Positions 38,955-57,356 of a DNA stretch of 64,000 nt are shown here, one piece after another. Positions within the stretch are counted from its first letter, which is position 1; every line of letters begins with the position of its first letter. Origin of the DNA: the human T2T-CHM13v2.0 reference genome, Homo sapiens. The notes beneath the pieces were generated by a model that searched no databases, was not told the DNA's origin, and saw only the letters and a program-made list of their open reading frames with translations. Both the position numbers and the translations under genes were made by a program. The stretch lies in assembly GCF_009914755.1 (NCBI RefSeq), contig NC_060947.1; one strand, 5' to 3'.

Positions 38955-41900
38955 TGGATTCCTTTCAGGATAGAGTAGTTTCTATCTCCTCTAGGCTTCT
39001 CTCACACAAATAAAAAATATGGATATAACAAAACATAAAACAACTCTGAAGGATGGGAAGGATGGAAAGAAGAGGGTGGACTGCTTAGGAATCTTGGAAT
39101 ATTAGAAACTTGATGTGTTCCCTGTGTTTCGTTTTTGCCTTCCATATGTTAGACAAGGCACTGGAGAAACCAACTCAGAATTACTAACAGGCATAGGAAA
39201 AAAAAAGTGGTGTTAAGGGGTCGCAATGAAGAAATTGAACTTCCACTCCCTGCTTGGTCCTGGGAGAGGGTACTTTAATTCCCTCACTTGTGTGGTGTTA
39301 GTGGAACCAAGCAGGAAGTTGGGCTTCCACCTCTACCTAGCAGCAAAATAAAGCAGAATGAGCAGTAAATGGCAAAGCTAGTCAGCACTTTACTTTCCCC
39401 ACTGTTGTGCTGTGGGTCCCAGCAGAAAGTTGAGATTCCACACCCATGAGACAGTAATGGGGTACTACTAGGAAGAACACTTCTCTTCCAACCCCTGGTG
39501 TCAGTAGGAACCATTAAGGAGCTAAACTGCCACCTCTACCCAAAAACAACAGGTGGTGTGAGTTAGAACCCTGCTATTATGAAAGACGGTTTCAGTGGAT
39601 CGCAGCAAGGAGCTGAACTTACACCCTCTCCAAAAGCAACAAGATGACACTAGTGGGCACATTGCTTTCAGCAATGGCATAGCGGAAGACACTTCTTCCT
39701 ACCCTGAAGAAATAGGTGGTGTGAGCTGGTGTTACTGGGCACTCCACTTTCCCTATAAACATCAGCACAGCCCAAGGTGGAGCAGATCATTCATCCTGAC
39801 CTAATGTAATGAGGTGTCAAAGAGGCAACAATGGGGCAGTGCCAAGCAGTGTTAGTGGAGCTCTGTTTTTCCAAGGGTGGTGTCAACAGGGCCCAGTAGG
39901 AAGCTCCGCTTCCACCCTCACCTAGCACAAATGAGGGGATGTTATTTGGTGCTACTTAGCAATTTCCTTTTCACAAGCCTCTTGTTGGTAGGGACCAAAT
40001 AAAATTCAACATCATCATCCCACAAGGTCGTGGTGTGAGGCCTGCAAAATGATGCAGTTCAGCACTCTGCTTTCCCCTCCATTGATATTAGTGGACGCAG
40101 GAAGATGCTCATCATACAATTTCAAATAGCAGCATCAAGGCATAAGAAGGTGGTATTAGGTGGTTCTAGTTGGGACTAAGTCTTCCATTCCACTAATGTC
40201 AACAAGGACAAGTGAGGATATAAAACCCAGTAAGCAGCAATGAAAGAAATAAGTTGGTGCAATGCACTGCTAATTAATCCTCTGTTTTCCCCTCTGATGT
40301 CAGTGTTGCCTAACAAAGAGCCTAATTTTCATGCCCATGAATCAACAATGAGATTCAACATCAAATTTTAGCACTAGCATAACAATAATTAATGAAATTG
40401 TATTATACCTAATTTACCAATTAGATATTGTCAGATAGGGTTTCTTTTTTTAAAAGGACCAAGTATATGATTACTACAAGAAAATCACTTCAAATGTAAT
40501 TATTTAGACAGGCTGAAAGCAAAAAGAAAGAAAAAATATATGTAGTATATAAACACTAATTTTAAAAGAGAACAGGAATGACTATATTAATAACAGGTAA
40601 AGTAAAATTTAAAGAGAAGAAAATTACTAGGAACAAGTAACAACATTACATTATGATGTAAATCCATAAAGAAAATGTAGCCATTTAAATGTCTCTGTAC
40701 CAAACGAGAAAGCTTCAAAATACATGAAGCAATTACTAATAGCATTATAGGGAAAAAATTATATTTATAGTTGGAAACATTGAGAAATATTTCTCAGCAA
40801 TTGATAGAAATAAGAAAAATTATGCAATGATATAGAAAACTGAACATTATCATCAACCAATATAATCTAAGTGTACATTAATAGAACACTATGTAAAAAC
40901 AACAGAATACACATCACATTCTATTCAAACTTCCATGAAGTAATCACTGATATAGACTACACTCTGGGCCACAAAAACAAAACAAATGTAAAAGATTGAA
41001 TTTATACATATTCTTTCTCAGATTATAATAGAATCAATCTATAAATAAATAACATAAACAAAGAAGAATAATCTCCAAAGGTTTTGAAATTAAACACCAT
41101 GCTTCTAAATAATTAATGGGTAAAAAAATTCTCAAAAATATTATGTAGACTTGAACAAAAGAGAAAATACAACACATCAAATTGTATGCAATAAAGCTAA
41201 AGCAATATTGAAGGTAAATTTATGGTACTTTACCTGATATTAATATAGCCACTCCTGTTCTATTTCAAATTGGGGTTTGCATGCAATACATGTTTTTTCC
41301 TTTTGCTTTCAGCCTATCTACATAATTGTATTATAAGTAATTTTTTCTAGTAGCAAGAATATACTGCATCTTTTTCAAAGGTCCAGTCTTCTTGCATTGG
41401 AAAATAAGAACGATCTCAAATTAAAAATTTAAGCTCTCATATGAAGACACTACAAAAAGAAGAAAAAATAAATTTGATGCAAGCAGAAGAAAGCAAATAA
41501 GAATAAGAAAAATATCTTAATGAATCTAAAACCAAAAACAATAAAGAAAATCAAAGCAATAGAATGATGGCTTTTGTAAAGATTGACAAATTAATAAACT
41601 TCTCATGAGACTGACAAAGATATAAAGAGAAAGGACAAAAAATAGCAATATCATAAATGGAACAGATCATATAACTGAAGATCCTAAAGCATTTTACATC
41701 AGTGGTCCCAAACCTTTTTGGCACCAGAGACGAGTTTGTGGAAGACAATTTTTCCATGGACTGGGGGGAAGGTGGGGAGGGGGTGGTTTCAGGAAGAAAC
41801 TCTTCCACCTCAGATCACCAGGCATTAGTTAGATTCTCATAAGGAGCACACAACCTAGATCCTTTGCATGCACAGTTCACAATAGGGTTTGCACTCCTAT

Positions 41901-42155
41901 GGGACTCTAAAGCTGCCATTGATCTGACAGGAGACAGGTTGTAATTCTCACTCGATCACTGCTCACCTCTGGCTATGTGGCCCAGTTCCTAACAGGTCAT
42001 GGAGCCCAAGGTTTGGGAACCCCTGCTTTAAATGATAAATATAGAGTACTATGAACAATTTTACACACATAAATTAGGCAACACAGAAGAAATGTGCCAA
42101 TTTTCTAAAAGCTCAAAATACCCAGTCTCACCCAAAATAGAAAATCATATAATTT
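38955..42155 (+). mobile_element. Ancient L1M (MC/ME-like): repetitive 5'UTR then ORF2 endonuclease region
   Basis: Recurrent AGCTGAACTTCCACCC-like motifs at 39230-40330. EN-like sequence from about 40390 (GACTATATTAATAACAGGTAAAGTA, AGCTTCAAAATACATGAAGC). Interrupted by MER1B. Confidence 0.6.
41700..42025. mobile_element. MER1B (hAT-Charlie) non-autonomous DNA transposon
   Basis: TIRs CAGTGGTCCCAAACC and GGTTTGGGAACCCCTG. Typical body (GTGGAAGACAATTTTTCCATGG, TAGATTCTCATAAGGAGC). Degenerate 8-bp TSD TTTTACAT/CTTTAAAT. Confidence 0.9.
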
Positions 42156-42683
42156 TCAGGCACTTAGAGCAGTGGAACAGAATACAGAACCCAGAAATAA
42201 AGCCAAATACTTACAGCCAACTGATCTTTGACAAAGCATTCAAAAATGTAACTTGGGGAAAGGACACCCTATTCAATAAATGGTGTTGGGAAAACTGACA
42301 AGCCACATGTAGAAGAATGAAACTGCATCCCCATCTCTCACCTTATACAAAAATCAACTCATGATGGATCAAAAACTTAAATCTAAGAAAGACGTGAAAC
42401 TGTAGAAATTCTAGAAGATAACCCTAGAAATACTTTTCTGGAGACTGGCTTAGGCAAAGAATTCATAGCTAAGACACAGCAGCAAATTCAATAGAAAGAA
42501 AAAGAAAGTTAATGAAAACTAATTAAACTAAAAACCTTCTGCACAGCAAAAGAAATAATTTGCAGAATAAACAGACAAACCAAAGAGTGGGAGAAAATAT
42601 TTGTAAACTATGCATCCAAAAAAGGACTAGTATCTAGAATCTACAAGGAACTCACACAAATCATGAAGAAAAAAAATCCCCAT

Positions 42684-42779
42684 GAAAATGGCACATGTAT
42701 ACATATATAACAAACCTGCATGTTGTGCACATGTACCCTAGAACTTAAAGTATAATTTAAAAAAAAGAAGAAGAAAAAG
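42684..42779 (+). mobile_element. About 95-bp L1PA 3' terminus with A tail
   Basis: ATGGCACATGTATACATAT.TAACAAACCTGCA.GTTGTGCACATGTACCCTAGAACTTAAAGTATAAT followed by an A-rich tail. Confidence 0.9.
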
Positions 42780-42973
42780 AAGATGGCCACATAGGAAAGC
42801 TCCACTCTACAGCTCCCAGCATGAGTGACGCAGAAGACGGGTGATTTCTGCATTTCCAACTGAGGTACCGGGTTCATCTCACTGGGGAGTGTCAGAGAGT
42901 GGGTGAAGGACAGTGGGTGCAGCACACTGAGCATGAGCTGAAGCAGTGTGAGGCATCGCCTCACCTGGGAAGC

Positions 42974-43219
42974 TCAAGGGGTCAGGGAATTCCCTTTCCT
43001 AGTCAAAGAAAGGGGTGACAGATGGCACCTGGAAAATCGGGCCACTCCCACCCTAACACTGTGCTTTTCCAACAGTCTTAGCAAATGGCACACCAGGAGA
43101 TTATATTCCACACATGGGTTGGAGGGTCCTACACCCATGGAGCCTCGCTCATTGCTGGCACAGCAGTCTGAGATCAAACTGCAAGGTGGCAGCAAGGCTG
43201 GGGGAGAGGCACCTGCCAT
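42974..43219 (-). CDS. ORF0: L1 antisense ORF0-like open frame (81 aa)
   Basis: MAGASPPALLPPCSLISDCCASNERGSMGVGPS...RVGVARFSRC aligns with recalled primate L1 ORF0. ATG at 43219-43217. No evidence of expression. Confidence 0.6.
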   Translation of the reverse strand: MAGASPPALLPPCSLISDCCASNERGSMGVGPSNPCVEYNLLVCHLLRLLEKHSVRVGVARFSRCHLSPLSLTRKGNSLTP

Positions 43220-43792
43220 TGCTGGGGCTTGAGTAGGGAAACAAAGTGGCTGGGAAGCTCGAACTGGGTGGAGCCCACCCCAGCCCAAGGAGGCCTGCCT
43301 GCCTCTGTAGACTCCACCTCTGGGGGCAGGGCATAGCCAAACAAAAGGCAGCAGAAACCTCTGCAGAATTAAATGTCCCTGTCTGACAGCTTTGAAGAGA
43401 GTAGTGGTTCTCCCAGCATGCAGCTTGAGATCTGAGAACGGGCAGACTGCCTCCTTAAGTGAGTCCATGACCCCCGAGTAGCCTAACGGAGACACCCCCC
43501 AGTAGTGGCAGTCTGAGACCTCACACAGCCAGGTACTCCTCTGAGACAGAACTTCCAGAGGAACGATGAGGCAGCAACATTTGCTGTTCACCAATATCAG
43601 CTGTTCTGCAGCCTCCACTGCTGATACCCAGGCAAACAGGGTCTGGAGTGGACCTCCAGCAAACTCCAACAGACCTGCAGCTGAGGGCCTTGACTGTTAG
43701 AAGGAAAACTAACAAAGAGAAAGGACATCCACACCAAAACCCCATCTGTTTGTCACCATCATCAAAGACCAAAGGCAGGTAAAACCACAAAG

Positions 43793-44808
43793 ATGGGGAA
43801 AAAACAGAGCAGAAAAACTGGAAACTCTAAAAATCAGAGTGCCTCTCCTCCTCCAAAGGAACACAGATCCTCACCAGCAACAGAACACAGCTGGATGGAG
43901 AATGACTTTGACAAGTTGAGAGAAGAAAGCTTCAGACAATCAAACTACTCTGAGCTAAAGGAGGAAGTTCAAACCCACAGCAAAGAAGTTAAAAACCTTG
44001 AAAAAAAATTAGACGAATGGCTAACTAGAATAACCAATGCAGAGAAGTCCTTAAAGGACCTGAAGGAGCTGAAAACCATGGCACAAGAACTACGTAATGA
44101 ATGCACAAGCCTCAGTAACTGATGCAATCAACTGGAAGAAAGGGTATCAATGATGGAAGATCAAATGCATGAAATGGAGCTAGAAGAGAAGTGTAGAGAA
44201 AAAGAATAAAAAGAAATGAACAAAGCCTCCAAGAAATATGGGACTATGTGAAAAGACCAAATCTACGTCTGATTGCTGCACCTGAAAGTGACAGAGAGAA
44301 TGGAACCAAGTTGGAAAACACTCTGCAGGATATTATCCAGGAGAACTTCCACAATCTAGCAAGGCAGGCCAACATTCAAATTCAGGAAATGCAGAGAACG
44401 CCACAAAGATACTCCTCAAGAAGAGCAACTCCAAGACCCATAATTGTCAGATTCACCAAAGTTGAAATGAAGGAAAAAATGTTAAGGGCAGCTAGAGAGA
44501 AAGGTCTGGTTAACCACAAGGGGAAGCCCATCAGACTAACAGCAGATCTCTCGGCAGAAACTCTACAAGCCAGAAGAGAGTGGGGACCAATATTCAACAT
44601 TCTTAAAGAAAATAATTTTCAACCCAGAATTTCATATCCAGCCAAACTAAGCTTCATAAGTGAAGGAGAAATAAAATCCTTTACAGACAAGTAAATGCTG
44701 AGAGATTTTGTCACCATCAGGCCTGCCCTAACAGAGCTCCTGAAGGAGGCACTAAACATGGAAAGGAACAACCGGTATCAGCCACTGCAAAAACATGCCA
44801 AATTTTAA
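43793..44808 (+). pseudogene. L1 ORF1p, disrupted
   Basis: MGKKQSRKTGNSK...; premature TGA at 44120-44122, frameshift at about 44200, TAA at 44692-44694. Confidence 0.93.
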
Positions 44809-44871
44809 AGACGATCAAGGGTAGGGAGAAACTGCATCAACTAACAAGCGAAATAATCAGCTAACATCATA

Positions 44872-48693
<3,822 letters not shown>

Positions 48694-51600
48694 ACAATGA
48701 GAACACATGGACACAGGGAGGGGAACATCACACACTGAGGCTTGTTGTGGGGTAGGGGGAGGGGGGAGGGATAGCATTAGGAGATATAGCTAATGCTAAA
48801 TGACGAGTTAATGGGTGCAGCACACAAACATGGCACATGTATACATACGTAACACACCTGCACGTTGTTCACATGTACCCTAAAACTTAAAGTATAATAA
48901 AAAAAATAGTGGAGAAAGTTAAAAAAAATAAGAAGAAAAAAAATCCCAACAAAAGTGGGTAAAAAAACATAAATAAATGTTTCTCCATAGAAGATATGCA
49001 AATAACCACGAGACATTTGAAAAAATGCTCAACATCACTAATCATCAGGGAAGTGCAAGTTAAAACCACAATGAGATACTCCTGCAAGAATAGCCATAAC
49101 TAAAAATTCAAGACAATAGATGTTAGTCTGGTAAAAAAGGAACTCTACTGGTAGGAATGTAAGTTAGTACAGCCACTCTGGAAAACGGTATGGAGATTCC
49201 TTTAAGAACTAAAAGTAGATCTATCATTTGATCCAGCAATCCCACTGGGTATTTACTCCAATGAAAAGAAGTTATTATATGAAAAATATACATGTATATG
49301 CATGTTTATAGCAGCACAAATCACAGTTGCAAGGATACAGAACCAACCTAAGTGCCCGTTAACCAACAAATGGATAAAAATAAATATGGTATATATACAC
49401 CATGGAATACTGCTCAGTCATAAAAAAGAAACAAAATGATGCTTTTTGCCACAAACTTGGAAGGGGCTGGAGGCCATTACTCTAAGAAAAGTAACTCAGG
49501 AATAGGCATACTGTATGTTCTCACTTGAAGTGGGAGCATAGCTATGAGGACACAAAAATATAGAGTGATATAATGGACTTTGGGGACTCATGGTGGGGAG
49601 GTTGGGAAAGGGATGATAGATAAAAGACTACATATTGGGTACAGTGTATATTGCTTGGGTTACATGTGCACTAAAATCTTGGAATTCACCACTAAATAAC
49701 TCATCCATGTAACCGAAAACCACATGTACCCCAAATCTATTGAAATAAATTAAAAATAAAGTAATTTTATCTATAAGTGATAACTTAAAAAAAACTAGGT
49801 CTTGATTTAAAAGCTTTAAAGAATTAATGCTGGAAAGGAGGGCAAGATGACTAACTAGAAAACCAGGTGGAACAGCTTCCACTAAGAGACCAAGATGACT
49901 GGTATGCTCCTAACAGATCTTCAGAGGAAAAGCACCAACTGTGGACAGAGTGAAGACAGAAGCTGGGCTGAAGGGGGAGAAATCTATGAACTTTACACGG
50001 GGCTACAGTGCACCTGGACTTGTTCCTGGCCCCCAACAGCTTTGGGGAAATGGGTGGGTTGAACTGACAAGGAACAACCCATTCTCACCACAGGCCTCTG
50101 GATCCCCAAAAGAAGGAGACCCATCAAACACCATGGACAATTGAGTTGGCAAGGAAAGCTGATTAGAAAAATGGTAGAGGCAGCAAGTCAGCAGATGTGG
50201 AGCTCAGGTTTGTTGCAGGAATATCTGTAGCAAAGCACAGCCAGAGATGACTATCCTCTTAGGCTTGACTTGCTCCCATAGAACAGTTTAGCCCTGAGGG
50301 TACTGTTGGTCATGAACTCTGCAGGGCAGCCTTCCACATCAGACAGGGCTGGTCCAACCTGAGCACCCCTTTGTCTGTTGGCCTTTCTGGGGGTTGTAGC
50401 ATGGCCACACCTTCTTGCAGGACAGTCTCAGGTGCCCTGGGGACAGACACACCATAGGATCTGCACTGTCAGACCATGACTGACTGGCAGAAAGTCCCAG
50501 CAGGGCAACCTCTATGGCCACACACTCCCTCCACATACTGCAGCTTCCCCTTGGGACCACAACTCCTCACATCACTTTACTCGCGCACGTCTGTGTGGGC
50601 AATTTTGCTTTCCTTGTCCCGCCAGCAGGTGGAAGTACAGTCCACCTTCCAGCCCCATGTCAACCGCCATTGCAGATGGAGACTTGGTAGGCACAAAGAA
50701 AGCTAGCCCCACCCCTGCCAGCACCTCACCCTTGCATTAACACTGCGTAGAGAACAGCGGATCCTCCCCCACCTTGAGTTACAATTCCTCCTTGTGGGGC
50801 ACAGAGAAGGAACCCAAACTAGCACCCACCAGTGCCTCAATCCTGAACCAACACCACCTCCAGCGTGATCACACACACAATCACCAGCAGCGGCCCCTCA
50901 TCTTCCCTGTGGTGAACAGGGAGGCAGGCACCCCAGGACCTGCTAGAACTCTGCCACAGCTGCCACTACTGCTGTTGCTGGCATGTGTACATGAGAATGG
51001 ATCACAATGTCACTGTACTATGAAATGTTCTGTCTGACACCAGCCATCAGAGGGTAGTGACCAGTATTTCGAGAATACCTCGGCCTCCCAGTGCAGTAGA
51101 TTCCTAACCACAATAATCCAGAGAACAAAGTCGGGGCCTAATACAAGTCCTTCAGAGTTAGCTCATACAGTTCAGGAAAGGAGTTGGGAGCTGAGTGTTG
51201 GAACCCTAAAATCTTGCAGAAATGAAGTGAGTCAGCTGAATCCACCTTATACCACAATCAAACTCTCAAAATCATCAATTAAGATAAAAGAAAGAAACCC
51301 ATTAGATTATCCAGCACCATGTTTGGTTTTCCATTCCTGAGTTACTTCACTTAGAATAGTGGTCTCCAGTTCCATCCACGTTGCTGCAAATGCCATTATT
51401 TAGTTCCTTTTAATGGCTGAGTAGCATTCCATAGTATATATATGTTAAAATTTCTTTATCCACTAGTTGATAGATGGGCATTTGGGTTGCAATGCCAAAT
51501 GTGTTCTTTACTCACTTTATGTTTTTCTTGACTTTGTTGAAAATCAGTTAGCTATAAGTATTTGGCTTTATTTCTGAGTTCTCTATTCTGTTCCATTGGT

Positions 51601-52273
51601 CTATGTGCCTATTTTTATACCAGTACCATGCTGTTTGGGTGACTAGGGCCTTATAGCATAGTTTGAAGTCAGGCAATGTGACGCCTCCAGATTTGTTCTT
51701 TTTGATTAGTCTTGCTTTGGCTATGCAGGTTCTTTTTTGGTTCCATAGAGAAAAAATTTTAGAATTGCTTTCTCTAGCTTTGTGAAGAATGATGATGGTA
51801 TTTTGACGGGAATTGCACTGAATTTGTAGATAGCTTTTGGCAGTATGGCCATTTTCACAATATTGATTCCACCCATCCATGAGCATGAGATGTGTTTCCA
51901 TTTGTTGGTGTCGTCTATGATTTCTTTCATCAGTGTTTTGTAGTTTTCCTTTAGAGGTCTCTCACCTCCTTGGTTAGGTATAATTGGCAAGCCACAAGTA
52001 GAAGAATAAAGCTGGATCCTCATTTCTCACCTTATACAAAAATCAACTCAAAATTGATCAAGCACTTAAATGTAAGACCTGAAACCATAAAAATTCTAGA
52101 AGATAACATCACAAAAACCCTTCTAGACATTGGCTTAGGCAAAGACTTCATGACCAAGGACCCAAAAGCAACTGCTACAGAATCAAAGATAAATAAATGA
52201 GACTTAATTAAGCTAAAAAGTTACTGCACAGTGAAAGAAATAATCAGCAGAGTAAACACAACCCACAGAGTGA

Positions 52274-53590
<1,317 letters not shown>

Positions 53591-53636
53591 ATATATATAT
53601 ACATATATATATATACACACATATATATATATATAT

Positions 53637-53680
<44 letters not shown>
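53591..53680. repeat. (TA)n/(CA)n microsatellite at the 3' TSD of the young L1
   Basis: Directly visible. Confidence 0.95.
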
Positions 53681-53681
<1 letters not shown>

Positions 53682-53844
53682 AATGGCCAACAAACATATG
53701 AAAAAATGATCAACATCACTAATTATCAGGAAAATACAAATCAAAACCACAATGCAACACCATCTTACTCCTGCAAAAATGGCCATAATCAAAAAATTGT
53801 AAAATAATAAATGTTGGCTGGTTGTTGTTCAAAGGGAACACTTT

Positions 53845-54144
53845 GGCCAGGCCTGTAGCTCACGCCTGCAATCCCAGCACTTTGGGAGACTGAGGGGGTG
53901 GATCACGAGTTCAGGAGTTCAAGACCAGCCTGGCCAAGATGATGAAACCCCTCTCTACTAAAAATACAAAAATTAGCTGGGTGTGGTGGTGGGCACCTGT
54001 AATCCCAGCTACTTGGGAGGATGAGACAGATAATTGCTTGAATCTGGGAGGTGGAGGTTGCAGTGAGCCAAGATCATGCCACTGCACGCACTCCAGCTTG
54101 GGCAACAGAGTAAGACTCTATCTCAAAAAAAAAAAAAAGAAAAA
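53845..54144 (+). mobile_element. Alu (AluS, Sg-like)
   Basis: Dimeric Alu with the TACTAAAAATACAAAAATTAGC linker and A tail. TSD AAAGGGAACACTTT / AAAAGAACACTTT. Confidence 0.93.
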
Positions 54145-55882
54145 GAACACTTTTACACTGCTGGTGGGAATGTAAGCTAGTACAACCACTATGAAAAACA
54201 GTGTGAAGATTTCTATCTACCGCTTGACCCAGTAATCCTACTACTGCTTATCTACCCAGAGGAAAAGAAGTCATTATATGAAAAAGATACTTGCACACAT
54301 ATGTTTATAGTGGCACAATTCAAAATTGCAAAATTGTTGACATTTGCCAATTTGGCATTGCAACCCAAATGCCCATCTATCAACTAGTGGATAAAGAAAT
54401 TTTAACATACATGTACTATGGAATGCTACTCAGCCATTAAAAGGAACTAAATAATGGCATTTACAGCAACGTGGATGGAACTGGAGACCACTATTCCAAG
54501 TGAAGTAACTCAGGAATGGAAAACCAAACATGGTATGCTTTCACTTATAAGTAGGAGCTAAGTTATGAGACTTTGGGGACCCAGAGAGAAGAATGGGATG
54601 AGAGTAAAAGATAAAAAGATTACTCATTGGGCACAGTGTATACTGCTTGTGTGATGGGTGCACAAAAATCTCAGAAATTGCCACTGAAAAACTTATTCAT
54701 GTAACCAAACATCACCTGTTCTCCCAAAACCTATGGAAATAAAAAATTACAATTTTAAAAAAGGAAAAAAATTCCATTCAAAAGTGAGCAATTTTGAAGG
54801 TTAAAGAAAAATAAGCCCACAAAGAAGAGAAAGAATAAGTGTAAGGACCTGGACCACTTAAAAATCCAGAATGCCTTATTTTTTTCAAACAACCACATCA
54901 CCTATCCAGCAAAGGTTCTGAACTGGCTGAGAAAGCTGAATGATAGAAATATAATTTAGAATGCTGATAAGAGTTAAGATCATTGAATTACAGAAGTACA
55001 TTAAAGCTCAGTCCAAGGAAGCTAAAAATCATGATGAAACAATACAGGAAATAACAGACAAAATAGCCAGTATAGAAAAGAATGTAAGTGACCTGATAGG
55101 GTTGAAAAACACCCTACAAAAATTGCATAATGCAGTCACAAGTATTAATAGCAGAATACACCAAGCAGAGAAAAGAATCACAGAACTTGAAGACTAGCTT
55201 TCTGAAATAAGACAGCCAAGAATAGAGAAGAAAAGAATAAAAAGGAACAAACAAAACCTCTGAGAAATATAGGATTTTTGTAATAAGACTGAATCTATGA
55301 CTCATTGGTGTCCCTAAAGACATAGGGAAAATGGAACCACCTTGGAAAACATATTTCAGGATTTCATGCATGAGAACTTTCCCAGCCTAGCTGGAAAGGC
55401 CAACATTCCAATTCAGGAAATGCAAAGAACCCCAGGAAGATACTTCACAAGATTATCCCTGAGGCACAATTATCAGATTCTCCAAGGTTGAAATTAAAGA
55501 AAAAATGTTAAAGGCAGCTACAGACAAAACCAAGGTCACCTACGAAGGGAAACTCATCAGACTAACAGCAGACTTCTAAGCAGAAACTCTAAAAGCCAGA
55601 ACAGATTGAGGGCCAATATTCAACACTCTTAAAAAAAAAGAAATTCCAACCCAGACTTTCCTATTCAGTCCAAATAAGCTTCATAAGTAAAGGAGAATTA
55701 AGATCCTTTTCAGACAAGCAAATGCTGAGGGAAGTCATTACCATTAGACCTGCCTTACAATGCCCTAAATATAGAAAGGAAAGTGCATTATCAGCCACTA
55801 CAAAAACACAGTGAAGCACAGAGACTGGTGACACTATAAAGCAACCACATCAAGAAGTCTGCAAAATAACCAGGTAACATTA

Positions 55883-56207
<325 letters not shown>

Positions 56208-56994
56208 GAATGTGCAAACAACCTTGAATGTAAGTGGGCTAAATGCCCCAATTAAAAGACACAGACTGGAAAGCTGAATAAAGAACCAAGATCCATTGGT
56301 ATGCTGTCCTCAAGAGACTTATCTCACATGCAATGATGCACATAGGCTCAAAATAAAGGAATGGAGAAAAGTATACCAAGCAAATGGAAAACAGAAAAAA
56401 GCAGGGGTTGCAATCCTAAATTCTGAAAAAACAGACTTTAAACCAACAAAGATCAGAAAAGACAAACAAGGGCATTTCATAATGGTAAATAGTTCAATTC
56501 AACAAGAAGAGCTAACTATCATAAATATATCTGCACTCAACACAGGAGCACCCAAATTCATGAAGCAAGTTCTTAGGACCTTCAAAGAGACTTAGACTCC
56601 CATGCAATAATAGTGGGAAATTTTAATACGACACTGACAATGTTAAACATATCACCAAGACAGAAAATTAACAAAGCTATTCAGAATATGAACTCTGCAC
56701 TGGAGCAAATGGACCTGATAGACATCTACAGAACTCTCCACTGCAAAATGACAGAATATACATTTTTTTCTCATGGCCTTATGGAACATACTTTAAAAGT
56801 GATCACAGAATTGGAAGTAAAACACTCATCAGCAAATGCAAAATAACTGAAATGATAACAAACAGTCTCTCAGACCACAAAATCAAGACTAAGAAATTAA
56901 CTCAAAACCATACAATTACATGGAAATTAAATAACCTGTTCCTGAATGACTTTGGGGTAAATAAAGAAATGAAGACAAAAATCAAGAAGTTCTT

Positions 56995-57356
56995 TGAGTC
57001 TGGTTTGGCTATGTCCCCAACCATATCTTAAATGGTAGTTCTCATAATTCCCCCATGTTGTGGGAGGTACCTGGTAGGAGGTAATTGAATCATGAGGGTG
57101 GGCTTCTCCCATGATGTTCTCATGATAGTGAATAAGTCTTATGAGATCTGATGGTTTTATAAAGGGAACTTCCCCTGCACATATTCCCTCTTGCCTGATG
57201 CCATGTAAGATGTAACTTTGCTCCTCATTTGCCTTCTGCCATGATTGTGAAGCCTCCCCAGCCATGTGAAACTGTGAGTCAATTAAACCTCTTTTCTTTA
57301 TAAATTACCCACTCTTAGGTATGTCTTTATTATCAGCATGAGAAGAGACTAATAGA
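56995..57356 (+). mobile_element. THE1-type MaLR solo LTR
   Basis: Homologous to the LTRs at 8412 and 10347 (TGGTTTGGCT.TGTCCCCA...GATTGTGA.GCCTCCCCAGCC...GACTAATA). The host L1 ORF2 resumes at GAAACTAA.GAGAACAAAG. Confidence 0.9.

Noticed and set aside
39230-40330. Recurring short motifs with variable spacers, superficially CRISPR-like
   Set aside because: Highly degenerate and irregularly spaced, no cas genes, eukaryotic context; consistent with an old L1M 5'UTR repeat region.
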